This document shows, in pieces, positions 16,601-28,978 of a DNA stretch of 64,000 nt (positions are counted from its first letter, which is position 1; each line of letters opens with the position of its first letter). Made by a program: the position numbers and the translations under genes. The stretch is from Reclinomonas americana ATCC 50394 (Eukaryota): positions 1 through 64,000 of the forward strand of contig PS015432.1 in the NCBI GenBank assembly GCA_048213135.1. The letters run 5' to 3'. Under the pieces are notes generated by a model. The model was not told the origin of the DNA. It searched no databases and saw only the letters and a program-made list of their open reading frames with translations.

Positions 16601-19600
16601 CCCACTTCTCCTCGCCAAGGCCCAGCAAATACTGCTCCACGGCCGTCGTCTTGGCCGTACCCGACGAGCCCATGAGCAGGCAATGCAGGTTCTGCTGCGC
16701 CACCAAGTCCACGAGGTAGTGCACGCGCACCGAGTCGATCGTCGGCACGAACAGCGTGCTGAAATCAAAGTACGCGTCACCCGGGTACTGCATGCACTCT
16801 CGCCTCATGAGTGTCATGCCGACGAAACAAACAGTGACCAACTGAAGCAAAATCAACAAACGCACCTGCCACGCAGCGATGCGTGACGTCCACGGAGTCC
16901 ACTGCAGAGTCTTCAAGTCGACAAAGTAATCAAAGAACGACTCGGAAGTCGGCAGGCCCTGCGGCATAATCAACGACATGCGCTCACGCATAAAGCCCGT
17001 CTCCAAACGCTGACGGCCTGCTGGCTCCAGGAATCCTACAAGAACACCACAGCAAGTGAGTACACACACACACACACACACACACGCGCGCGCGCAAACC
17101 CTCCCAGTGACGACAATGCACACCTCCCACCGCCCACATGAGCGCAAAAGCAAACAGACGGCCAACAGTGTCGTCGTTCAGTGTCTCCGTGTCCGCGCGC
17201 GAGATGCAAATCATGCGCAGCAGCAGTCGAAGTACGGTGGTCACCACATTGACGTCCACCACCTGCATCACCGGCTGGCAATTCTGTTGCACAAAAAAGC
17301 ATCACAACCAGCAGCAAATCAGTCTGCAGCAGGATGTGTTGCATGTCAGCACAAAGGGCTCGTACCTTGCGCATAAACAGCAACGCGTCGTCCATGAGGT
17401 CGGAGAACAAGGCGGTGATGCGGGTGACTTCGGCTTCGGTCGGCGGTCGTGGCTCCTCCGGATCCACCATCACCGAGGCCGCCTTGCCGATCTCGCTCTG
17501 CAGAACCGGCTTCCAGCCCAGCACGCTGCCCGACACGTAGATCTGACCGGCGCGGCTCACCGTGGCCGGCGAGGCATTGCGCAGATCCTCGGCCTCGAAG
17601 CACATCTTGACTGTGTCGGCCATGGCCACACGGTCGCCGTTGGCCAGCGTCAGCAGCTTGTTGTCGTCGAGCACCGTGTTGAGGTTCTCAATCCAAATGG
17701 CATCCACTGGTCCGTCGCACACAATCCACACGTTTTCACGCTTGTTGTTGTTGGCCTTCTTCCACATGGCCGAGAACACGCCGTCGATCCAGTCGTTGTT
17801 CAGCATTTCGCCAAACATTTGCTGGGCGAGAATCGCCTTCGGGTTCATGCGGTACTGGTTGTGCTTGCCGACCACGGCCGACAGCGTCTTCAGCATGACC
17901 TCGTAGATCTTGGACTTGCCGGCACCCGACGGCCCAATGACCATGATACCGTGGCGCACCAACGACGTCTCGTACAGCTGAATGACCTTGGTGACCCACT
18001 CGTCGTGCTCCACCAAGTCGAGCTCCTTGATCACAGTCTTCATGGCAGCTGTACAAATGGGCAAAGGAGTGAGTGCGTGCAGCGCAAACATCGGGAAGCA
18101 GATGGAAACTGACCTTCGATCTCCGGGTGCGACATGGGGTCCTGCTTCTGGCCGGGGAACAGGTCGTTGATGAGCGCCATGAGGAGTGGCACGTCTTCAG
18201 CGACCAGCTTCGACAGATTCATGTCACGCAGCGTGCGCTGCAGAATAAAGTCCTCCTTCTTGCCTGGGTTCGCGCGCAGCACAGTGCCGGCCGTACGCAG
18301 CACCGACAGAATGTTGCGCAGACCAAAGTCGTAGTGAGGCTGCTTCGACAGCTGCTCCTCGCACAACTTGTACAGCGTGTTGAACTTCTTCGACAGCACG
18401 TCGTACTCGAGGTAGCCCGAGGCGGCCAGCTTGACCTTGATAATGATCAGGCGATCCGGCACCATCATGGTCACACCGCGGAAGAGCACCTTCAGGTTCT
18501 CCGGCAGCTGTGCGAGAGAGGAGAGAGAGAGAGAGAGAAAGGTGAGCGCCACCTGCTGTCGACAGAAGGTGAGAGAGACATGTGCGCTGCTGGTACAAAC
18601 CTCCTGGCGACCCTGATAACCGGGGTTCATGGTGATGAACAGACCGGTGGACGGACGCAGGCGAATCACCTGGCCGTCGGTGAATTGGAACTCCTTCATG
18701 CGATTGCGGATGGCTTGGAAGATGCACTGAATCTGCTGCGCCACTACAGAGAGCACGTCGAGGTCGATGCGGTTGAACTCATCGAAATCGCCCCAAGCGC
18801 CCGACTGTGCGCAACCCTTGAAGATCTTGCCCATCGAGTTGTGGTCCATCTGATCGGAGCAGTTGAACACGACGACGTACTTGCCGAGAGCACGACCGAG
18901 ATCCTTGACAGTCTCGGTCTTGCCTGTACCGGCGGGGCCGGCGGGCGCGCCGCCGAGGTACATGCCCAGCGCTTGCGACAGCGTAATGTAGCAGCTGGGT
19001 GGGAGGGGAAAGAACCTTGTCAGGAGAAGAGGACGAGAGAAAACGTCGCCGATGGATGGGCACTCTCACCGATCCGTCAGTGGCGTGACGACCAGGCGTT
19101 CCTTGCAGCCGAGGTACTCGTACGAGTACGTAAACTCCACATCGGTGACACACACGATGCAATTGTCGGCTTCGGGATTCCAGTAGAAGCGCATCTGCTT
19201 CTGCCAGTCGAAGCTCTCCGGACCGACATCTGCCAGTCGGCCCTTCTCGCGTTGCTCTCGCGTCTTGGCACGTGCAATCTCGTCAAACACATCGCGCTGG
19301 TGCATCTGAATGGTGATCAATGTCTCCACATTGCGCCGCTTCAGTGTCGACAACTGCACCACTCGCTCTTGTCAACACACAGATGATGGCGAGTCAAATC
19401 AGTCAAAAAAACACGAGAACGCACCGACGAGTCTTGTGTCAGCTGGGTCATCTCCACGAGGAGTCCATTGATACGACCGTTGGCGGCCATCAAGGAACGA
19501 CGATCGCCACCACGAGCACGGAAGAGCGCCTCCTCAGCCTCCATGGTCCACCGGAACTGAATGCCCAGCAGCGACACCTGGGCCGGGTACGCATCGACAA

Positions 19601-22600
19601 ACGCCTGCAGCTGGAAGCCCGGATCGCACGCGTCCACTGCCGCTCGGCGCACAATCGTCTTGATCGTGTCGATCATGCCATCCTCCAACACGTTGAGCCA
19701 ATACTCGACATGGCCACTGGCAGTGATGGGCTGCGACATGGGCACCACCTCGCCCTCTTGCGATATCATCGTCACAATCTCGTTGTGGTTTTCGAACTTC
19801 AACCTGCACAAATACGCCGCGTGTTCAGCAACGGCGGCAGCATAATCGTGAGTGAGTGAGAGCGCGCTCTCGTCGCCACACGCAACGTTCCGATGCTGTC
19901 AAACACGAGCTTCAAGTGTGGCTGGATGGCGTGCGGGTCGGACGACTGACTGAGAATGTCGAGCAACACAGGATCCGACACAAAGTAGAAGCGCGGGAAC
20001 TTGTTGCGTTTCTCCTCCAGGTACTCTGCGCAGCAATCGGAAGGGATGAGCGCGTGTGTGTGATCCACCGGCGTCCTGCACCCGACCTCACCACTCAGTG
20101 ATCGCTGGCACGCCTCCAGTTGCTCGCGCATGTAATCGAGTTGATTGAGCTGCTCGTTCTCGTAACAGAACTGCGCACAAACACCGGATGCGTTCAGCAC
20201 GATGCGCCACAATGTGAAAATGCGCCAGTGGAAACATCTCACCTGAATCACTTTCTCCACCTCCACCGCCTTGGCCATGATCTTGCACCAGGCCTTGTCG
20301 ATCATGTTGAAGCGCTTCTGCTCCTGAGGCAGACTCTTGGCAATATCGCCACCTCCGGCAAACACGGCCTCCATGTAGATCCACATGGCCTGCACTTGCA
20401 GCCACCGCTCAATGGCATCCAGTGCCGATGACACCTTTTCGATCCACAGCACCACCTGCAATAAACGTCTCCTGTTGTGAGCCAAGAACAAACACAACGA
20501 GTAAGAAACAACACAAAGAACGCACTTGTTGGCGGAAGGGCTTGACAAAGCGCGAGGAGATCATCGAGTTGAGCTTGAGTTGCGTCTCCTCCAACCGCTC
20601 CAGTACCTCCTGCGTCTCGGTGCCCTTCAGCAGCAGGTGTCCGCGATTCTTGAACTCGCCAAAGGTGAACACGCGATCCTCCCAGTCGGTGCGCACGTCG
20701 GCAATCTTGAGCTCGATTTCACGCTCCTTGCGTGCCGCCATGCACAACTCCTCCATGCGCTCCAGGTGATCCTGCAAGTTGGCGTCGAGCAGGTCCTGCA
20801 GCTTCATCACATCCTCGTCCAGCGAGAACTGATGACCGGTAATGTCCATGAGCTCACGCCAGTGGCGCAGTTGCACGGCGTCGCGGTTCGACAAGTCCTC
20901 CAGCACAGGCTGGATTTCGCGAAAGTCGTCAATCTTCTTGCGCAGGTCCTTGTAGGCTTGCCAGTCGCGCAGGCGCCGGTTCAGTGCATTGCACTTGCGC
21001 TCAAACTGGTCCATCTCCTCGGCAATCTGCGGGAAGATCTCCGACACTTGCTTCCACTTGAGGTCGCCGTACGAGTTGATGCGCTTGTTGACCTGCGTGA
21101 AGATGAACATTAGTTCCAAGTCGACAACGCTACAGGCAACGACGACACACTGTCCGCATGTACCTGAACGTAGAGCGAGTAGAGGCTGTCGAGCAGCTTC
21201 AGCTCCTTGCCCGTGGTCTCCAGCGCCTCGTACGTGTGCACCGTGAGGCCAAACAGCTCTTCGCCGAGGGAGTACGTCTGCCAACAAAATAAATGGCGTG
21301 GCGAGTGAGTGAGTGGCCATGCACCTCGACAGGGAGGGTGGAGGGGGCTTGGCGTGCTCACCTTGAATTTCACCATCTTGTCCTCGTACACGGCCTGGAA
21401 GCGCTGCAGGCGCTGCAGTGCGTCCTCCGGTTCGATGCCCGGGATCATGGGGCCATTCTCCACAAAATCGTTACGGAACACCTCCACCTCCGTCTCAAAG
21501 TCCTTGACGTCGAGCACAAGCTGCCGCTTGAAGCCACCATAGATGCCCTGCAGGTAGGTCTCCTTCAACCTGCACCGAGGTGGTCAGTAGTCAAGCGAGG
21601 GGAGAGTCATCAACGGAAAATGCGACGCACCGAGCGGCCCTGACGACACGCAGCCAGGCGGGCTCGAGTTCCGCCACCCGGAAACCCTCGTCTTTGTTGA
21701 TGTTGACGTCGTAGCTGCGCAGTAGTCGGTACGTTTCCTCAATGGGTGCCACATCGTGATCGAAAGTGGCCTCGCGCCTCCGAATATCGTTCAGCACACC
21801 GACCACTGCAACACACCACCAATGCGAGGTCAGCAGCTGTAGTGAGAAACACACACAATCACTCGCGCACTCACCAAAGCTGAGGTCATCCAGCTCGACA
21901 ATCTCCTTTTCCAGGTTCTTCGTCACCTCCTTCATGTACACGGAGAACTCGTCGAGCTTGCTGGCCGCCTGCTGGTGCAGATTGCGTGCATACTGCAACT
22001 TCCACAGTGCAGCCTCGCCGGCGAGGTGTTCTTGCAGGCGCTGCGTGCTGACCAGCAGAGCGCCCATCTCACGACTGTTGTGCAGGCGCCGAATGCTCTG
22101 CTCAATGTCGTTGTACTTGCGCAACTCGGCCTCGAAGTCATGCAGCGACGGCGACGTCTTCAAGAACTCCTCGTACAGACGCACCTTGTCCGTCTGTCGT
22201 GCACCATAGCGAAGGGGTGAGTCGTGCACCTTAACAGCCAAAAGGGGGGGGGGGGGGGAGGACAAAGACACGACTGACCTGCCACAGGTAGTTGAAGCGG
22301 CTGAAAGTCTCGGTGTAGGCAGCCACGGAACCGCGCAGTCCATGCAGCGCACCAGTCAGCGCCAGTACGACCTTCATCACCTCGCGTTCCTGGGCCACCA
22401 GCTCGAAGAACGACGGTCCCTCGGCCACGACACTATTCCGCGACTGCACATGCGACGACGAACGGTCGAGGCGACCATTGACCTGCCACCGCGGCAGACG
22501 GCGCGACAAGCCGAGCACAACCACCGCCGTGGCGTTGACTGTCTCCTGCACCTCGTCCATGCTGGGGTTGAGGACGTAGCTGGGCTTGATGAACTCGACA

Positions 22601-25600
22601 TCCACCTGGAACAGCGGGCGTGTNNNNNNNNNNNNNNNNNNNNNNNNNNNNNNNNNNNNNNNNNNNNNNNNNNNNNNNNNNNNNNNNNNNNNNNNNNNNN
22701 NNNNNNNNNNNNNNNNNNNNNNNNNNNNNNNNNNNNNNNNNNNNNNNNNNNNNNNNNNNNNNNNNNNNNNNNNNNNNNNNNNNNNNNNNNNNNNNNNNNN
22801 NNNNNNNNNNNNNNNNNNNNNNNNNNNNNNNNNNNNNNNNNNNNNNNNNNNNNNNNNNNNNNNNNNNNNNNNNNNNNNNNNNCGGCCAGCAGGGCCTCCA
22901 GCAACGGCCGCACCACGGGATTGATGCGACCAACCACCCGATCGTACTCTTGCAGCATGAAGGTGAGCTGGCTGAAGTAGCGCTTGAACTTCTCCTCCTG
23001 CAACAGCACCATCTTGGCGCCGTCGGTGACATCCATGCCGAGTCGCAGCAGCCACTTGGTTTCGCGAATCAGCTGCGGAATCTCCGGATCAAAGTTGACC
23101 AAGACGCGCCCGGTCTCCGGGTGGCGCACAATCAGTGTGGCCTGCAGACCGGTCTTGGCGTTGTCGATGCTGCGCATCCATGCAATGTGCCACAGAGTCT
23201 CGAACTCGATCAGGGCGCGCGCCACTCGATTGTAGGCCTTTACAATCTTGCCGGTGTCCTTGGAGGAGTCCTGGTTGAGGACGCCGATGGACTGGAAGCG
23301 CATCATCGGCTCCTCGATGCGACGGTACAGATTGCGAGCCCAGATGATGTTGCCGGCCACTGGCGGCGCGTTGCGCACCAATGGTGGGTTGTGCTTGTGG
23401 CGCTCGTACGCCTTTTCGACTTGCTCAAGCTCCTGTCCGTACTGGTAGAAAATCATGGTGTACTTGTTGCTGAGACCGGCCTGCAGTCGCAGAGAATTGC
23501 GAAGGATGAGCAGCAGCAACCACTTGCATGCAAAAAAAGGGGAGAGGAGCTCACCTTGAGGCTTTCGCGATGGAGAATTTTCTGAAACAGATGCAGCAGC
23601 GAGAGCGCATCCTCAGTGTTGCGAATGTTCTCGAACACGGAGTTGATGTAGACTTGCAGCGAGTGCTCGAACAGCTCGATGCGCTTCTGGAACTCCTGGT
23701 AGTCCTGCTCGAAATAGTTGTTCTCGTCCAGCAGATTGTAGCGCTTGGCCCGCATCTTGTCGATCTCGGCACTGAACGCCGCCGTCATGCTCTCCATGCC
23801 GTCAATGCGTTGCCGTACGAGAATCGTGAACTGCTGGCAGCTCTCGAACACATCGAGCAGGCGACGCAGGCGCACCGCAATGCGGTCCACGCGTTCCGTC
23901 ACCCGTGCCGAATCGACCTCCACCGACTTGGGCCGCGGCTGATGCAGCAGGCGGTCCTTGAGGGCACGGAACTCGTCTACCCACGCTTGCAGCACCTCGA
24001 TCGAGGCGCGCAGCATAAAGACCAGCTCGTCGGGATCCTGGTCCCACAGATTGCGACCGCCGAGTTCAATGTTCCGCTTGCAATTGGCCACCAGCTGATA
24101 CGACACCTTGCGCAGCAGCATGGTCATGTGGTCTGCATCGAGAAGCAACGAAAAGTGAGTGACGCGAGGGGGAGAGAGAGAGAGTGAGAAGGCAAATGAA
24201 GCACGAGTCGAACCATTGTGGCAAAAGTATTGTGAGACAGTCTGCATGACAAAGAGGTTGTTGCAGAGTGTGGGCAGCATGCGCAGACACTCGGTGGGCG
24301 ATCCAGAATACAGCGGCTCCACGAACGGCTGCAGTTGCGTGAGGAAGCGCACATTGTCCTTGGCCACGTGCAGCGCATCGGTGAGGTCGTTGTCGACCAT
24401 TCGCCATCGGCGCACCACCTGACTGCGCACGCCAACGGCTCCGGCGGACCCACTAGCTCCAGGGGCAAATAGTGATCCTGGTGGTGAGGGCGACGGGGAT
24501 GGCGACGGAGCGATCGAGGCACGCGGAGTCGGCAACGGCGAAGTACCGGTGGCCGACAGCAAGCCAATGACCAGCTTGGCCTCGGGTCGGTTCTTGTCGT
24601 CCACCAACGAATGCAAGCGGGTGGTTCTCTCCTGCGTCGAGGCAGTGCGCGGTTAGGAGAGAGAGAAAGCAAGAGGGAACAGGAAAGAAAAAGACCGACC
24701 TTCCAGTACGCGAGCTCCGAGGCTGGACCGCTCTCGGCGTCGCCACCAGTTGCCGCGGCTCCACCGCGCGGCTCGGCCTCTCCCACCACCCGTGAGACCA
24801 CATCGATCCACGTCTCCACCAGTCCCTCCAGCTGACGAACAAGAGCTGGGTTCGAGGCAGCGGCGCGAGCCAGCGACGATGGGTTGTTCTCCACGCCGGC
24901 CAGCTGATACGGCTCCGGCAGTGGAAGGCGCACGGCTTCGGAAACTGCATACGTCTGCAAGTCGTCCAGCGTGCGCACAAAACTCGACACTTCGGTGACG
25001 AGTTCCTGCGGTGGATGACAAGGCGTCAGCAGTGGAGACATACCATCTCTTACTCAGTCATAAACTCGCTCACCTTGGCGTCGGTGTCACTCGCTGCACC
25101 CCACTCTTGTTTCCGCTGCAGAACGGGAATAAAGACATACTGCAGGAGGGTTTGCAGTGCACTCGGCACCACCAGCGAGGTGGACGACAGCGAGCAGTCG
25201 AATTCACCAAAGATCTGTCGCGGCCTGTCAGCACCAACGACACTACCACCACCACCACCATTGAAATCAATGGACGACACGAGAACGCAACGAGATCCTG
25301 GCACAGATCGCGCTCACGACGGCGCACAGGACCTAGTGCGGCGCCAGGCTTGAAGCTCTCCAGTACACCGCCATTGCCAGTCGACGACTGCGCCGCCGCA
25401 CTGGCAGCAGTCGGATTGTCGTGCGTCGGACTGGTGAGGCCGGCTTCGCCATCGGCGCTGGCCGAGCGACTCGCCGCGTTGACGCCGGCCGAGTGATCCG
25501 GTGCCGCGCGAATCACATACGCACACTTGCAGAAACCGTGCGAGGAGGGAGCACCAGAGGCAGACGCACCGCCACTGCTGCTGCCACCCTTGCCCTTGCC

Positions 25601-26253
25601 GCCAGCTCGTCGATGACGCACGCTGCCACCATCGTCATCGTCGTCATCATCGGCAGCCGAATCGCGGTGCTCCACTGCTGGCGTCGTCGTTGTTGTCGTC
25701 GTCGTCGCAGTCGCAGTCGCCGTCGCCAGCAAATGGTGGTGAGGCAGACGGAACGAATCCAGACTGCGCAACTCCTCGGTTTCGTTCAAGATCAGCTCGA
25801 CAGTTACCTCTGTCAGAACACCATGATTTTGAGTCTCGCGGGTGTTTTTTTAGCAGCTCCTCCTCTTCTTCTGTTGTCGGTGGGTGGACGCAACTGTCGC
25901 CTGTGCTCTTGATGAGGAACAGCAAGTGGGTCGGTCCATGTGGCTGTGCGTCGAGAAACGCCATCATGTGATCGACGGCGCCAGGTCGACTCTTGATCTG
26001 CAGTCGCCGTGAGCACACCGTCGACAGAGAGGGGCAGAGAGAGGTAGAGAGAGGCAGAGAGAGGGGGGGGACGCACCTGAGCAGCCACGGCCTCCAAGGC
26101 GCGAACCTCCTCGCTGGACGACGCGGTGTTGATGAGTCCAGCATGACGCGCGATTTGTGAGAACACAAACAGCGGTCGTGGGTCACTGCTAGCTGAGGCA
26201 GCAGCCGAGGAGGCGCCGCCCAACGCGCTGGATGCTGCTGCGCGTCGACTCAT
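10685..26253 (-). CDS. Axonemal outer-arm dynein heavy chain, gamma type (DNAH5/DNAH8-like), many introns
   Basis: AAA1 [37 protein letters not shown]...FDEFNRI; AAA2 GPSGAGKS and [23 protein letters not shown]3 GSSGTAKT; stalk/MTBD; AAA6 LQNCHLG; C-terminal [15 protein letters not shown]-terminal [22 protein letters not shown] is typical of the gamma class. Three gaps hide parts including AAA4. Confidence 0.95.
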
Positions 26254-26586
26254 CTATCTATGTCTCACTGTCTCACTGTGCAGAGAAGCAGCAGATGACG
26301 AATCGTGCTGGTTTCACAATGCGCGATTGGATTCGTCTCGCCTCACACACACGCGTGCGTCTCTTCTGCGTCTGTGTGTCTGCGCCAGATGCAGATAAGC
26401 AATTGGTGAAGTTCGCGCCAACTGCCGATGGGCCAGGTGTCGCTGAGGTACATCAGAAGGCCTGTTTTACATTTTCCCTCTCCTCCCGCTTATAAAAACA
26501 CACAGACAGCCTCGTTCACACAACAACAACACAGAGAGTGTGTGCGGCGTCTGATTCTCCCGCCAGCGCGAGCACCCCCACCACTC

Positions 26587-27727
26587 TCAGAATACACCCA
26601 GATACAGTCGGTGGCCATTTTCCACAAACTCCTTCTTGCCAATCTGTGTGCATCACGGCTTGTCAGCAGCAGGACGACGAGTGGTGCCAGCAGGCCCCGT
26701 CTGCATTGGCCCTCACCTTGCCGTCTCCGTTAATGTCGATCCCGCGAAGGATCTGCTGCACCATGAAGGGATCCGAGTCGAAGAGACGCAGCGCCTCGTC
26801 GTGCAGTGGCACATACGAGTCGCAGATCGTGCCGGGAGTCGGGCTAGATGGTGTGGAGGTACGACGGTCGCCAGTCACACCGAGCGAGGACTTGCGGGCG
26901 GCGGCGTTCATCACAAGTCGCGACGCCGATGGCGGGCGCAACGCAATCACTTCCGTGGCCACCACAGACTCGCGGCGGCTGGATGCACGCGCGCTGCTGA
27001 CCGGGCTGCCAATGACCACCTCCGGCACGCCGTGTGTGGAAATGGAGAGGCGACGCAAGCGGGCCGAGCAGGCCGGGCTGCAGCCGCTGATGACTTGTGG
27101 TACCGGCGCGGTGACCGACGCCTTGCGGTACCTCAGCGCCGACATGGGCACATTGTCCATGGCGCTGGAGCGAGGTGTCTCGAAGCCGCCCGACAGGCGA
27201 CGCATACCGGCCACCGGGCTGCTGGAGGAGGAGGCAGTGGACGTCGGCGAGTCGGTGACTGGCGCCGACAGCGACAGGGAGCGTTCGCGTGAACCAGCCG
27301 GCTCCGACGTGGCCGACGACGCGGACGCCCGTCGAGACCTCGCCTCACGCAGATCCACCAGCCGCATGTACTCGGAAAGCAGATCACGCGCCAGCCGTCG
27401 GACCTCGTGCTGAGGATTTCGAACAAACCGCATTTGTCAGTGAAAGGAGATCCTTGAAGCACACAAGCAAGCACACAAAGCAAAGCGACGCACCACATCG
27501 AGGAAGCGGTTGTTGTCTTGATTGTAGTGCGCCCACAGAATCAGCATGTCCTTCTGTTGAAATGCCAGCGCGCGGGTGAGGATAATCGGTTAGTCTGTGC
27601 GTCAAAGAAAACAACTCACTCTCGTCAGCAGCATGGTCTCCGTCAGCTCCGCCGGTGGCGTGGACATGACTTTTGCCGCACGCCGCAGCACCTCGCGATA
27701 GGTGGTCTCGTGTCGGAACAGCAACAT
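26587..27727 (-). CDS. EF-hand calcium-binding protein with a long disordered insert
   Basis: Splicing reconstitutes two EF loops: LWAHYNQDNNRFLDV|HEVRRL and ILRGIDINGDGK|IGKKEFVE; stop at 26587. Start at 27727 is tentative. Confidence 0.75.
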
Positions 27728-27854
27728 TGCTCTTATCTTTTCTCCACGCTCACGATTAATAGAAATAAAGCCGGACGTGACAGAAATTAAACCCGGACAA
27801 CTCCACTCGATGATTGAGCCGACCACTCTCACTCTGCATGCTGCCGATGGTCTC

Positions 27855-27859
<5 letters not shown>

Positions 27860-27924
<65 letters not shown>
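27860..27924. repeat. (CA)n microsatellite
   Basis: Uninterrupted CA run next to a gap. Confidence 0.97.
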
Positions 27925-27926
<2 letters not shown>

Positions 27927-28611
27927 CTCGTCGTCTCTCNNNNNNNNNNNNNNNNNNNNNNNNNNNNNNNNNNNNNNNNNNNNNNNNNNNNNNNNNNNNN
28001 NNNNNNNNNNNNNNNNNNNNNNNNNNNNNNNNNNNNNNNNNNNNNNNNNNNNNNNNNNNNNNNNNNNNNNNNNNNNNNNNNNNNNNNNNNNNNNNNNNNN
28101 NNNNNNNNNNNNNNNNNNNNNNNNNNNNNNNNNNNNNNNNNNNNNNNNNNNNNNNNNNNNNNNNNNNNNNNNNNNNNNNNNNNNNNNNNNNNNNNNNNNN
28201 NNNNNNNNNNNNNNNNNNNNNNNNNNNNNNNNNNNNNNNNNNNNNNNNNNNNNNNNNNNNNNNNNNNNNNNNNNNNNNNNNNNNNNNNNNNNNNNNNNNN
28301 NNNNNNNNNNNNNNNNNNNNNNNNNNNNNNNNNNNNNNNNNNNNNNNNNNNNNNNNNNNNNNNNNNNNNNNNNNNNNNNNNNNNNNNNNNNNNNNNNGAC
28401 ACATAGACCCGTCGAAGGCATTGTTGCTGAACGGCAAGCGACTGACGGTGGGACACCACGGTTTCTTCCGCGACCAGCCGATGCGCAAACTGATGTGGGA
28501 TCCGATAGTGTTTCCGTGGATTCGCCAGCAGCTGCAAGCTGGCAAGCGGTCGATGATCTCCACGGCGATTCCATCCGCCAAGCTATGATGAAGGAGGGAG
28601 ACAAGTGTGCT

Positions 28612-28958
28612 TCACTTCTGCTGCTGTTGTTGTTTCTGCTGCTGCTGTGGTGTGCTCTGCATGGCAGCCGTCAGGCTGTCGATCTGGGCCTCGAGCGACC
28701 GCAGTCGAGCTGGCCCGACAGTGTCCAGATCGCGCCGCTTGGCCTCGATCTCCTCGCGCATGTCGGCGACGCGCTGCTCGAGGCACCGACGCTGCGCCAG
28801 CACGTTCCGTAAGTATTGACGGGAGCCTGCGTGCCCTGCGCAGTCTGCGCTCCACTCACCTGCTCCAAGAGCGCGCGACAGCGATGCTCGGCCTGCTGTC
28901 GTCGCACGAGCAGCTCCGGCGGTGTCTCGCACTGACGCACCTGCGCACGCAGCTGCTC
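28612..28958 (-). CDS. 3' fragment of a coiled-coil protein
   Basis: EQLRAQVRQCETPPELLVRRQQAEHRCRALLEQ|RRCLEQRVADMREEIEAKRRDLD...RLRSLEAQIDSLTAAMQ with polyQ tail; GTGAGT..CAG intron. 5' part lies in the 20-N gap. Confidence 0.5.
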
Positions 28959-28978
28959 NNNNNNNNNNNNNNNNNNNN

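Noticed and set aside
18073-19386. Long plus-strand ORFs opposite dynein and other genes
   Set aside because: Antisense shadows expected from GC-rich codon usage; no motifs.
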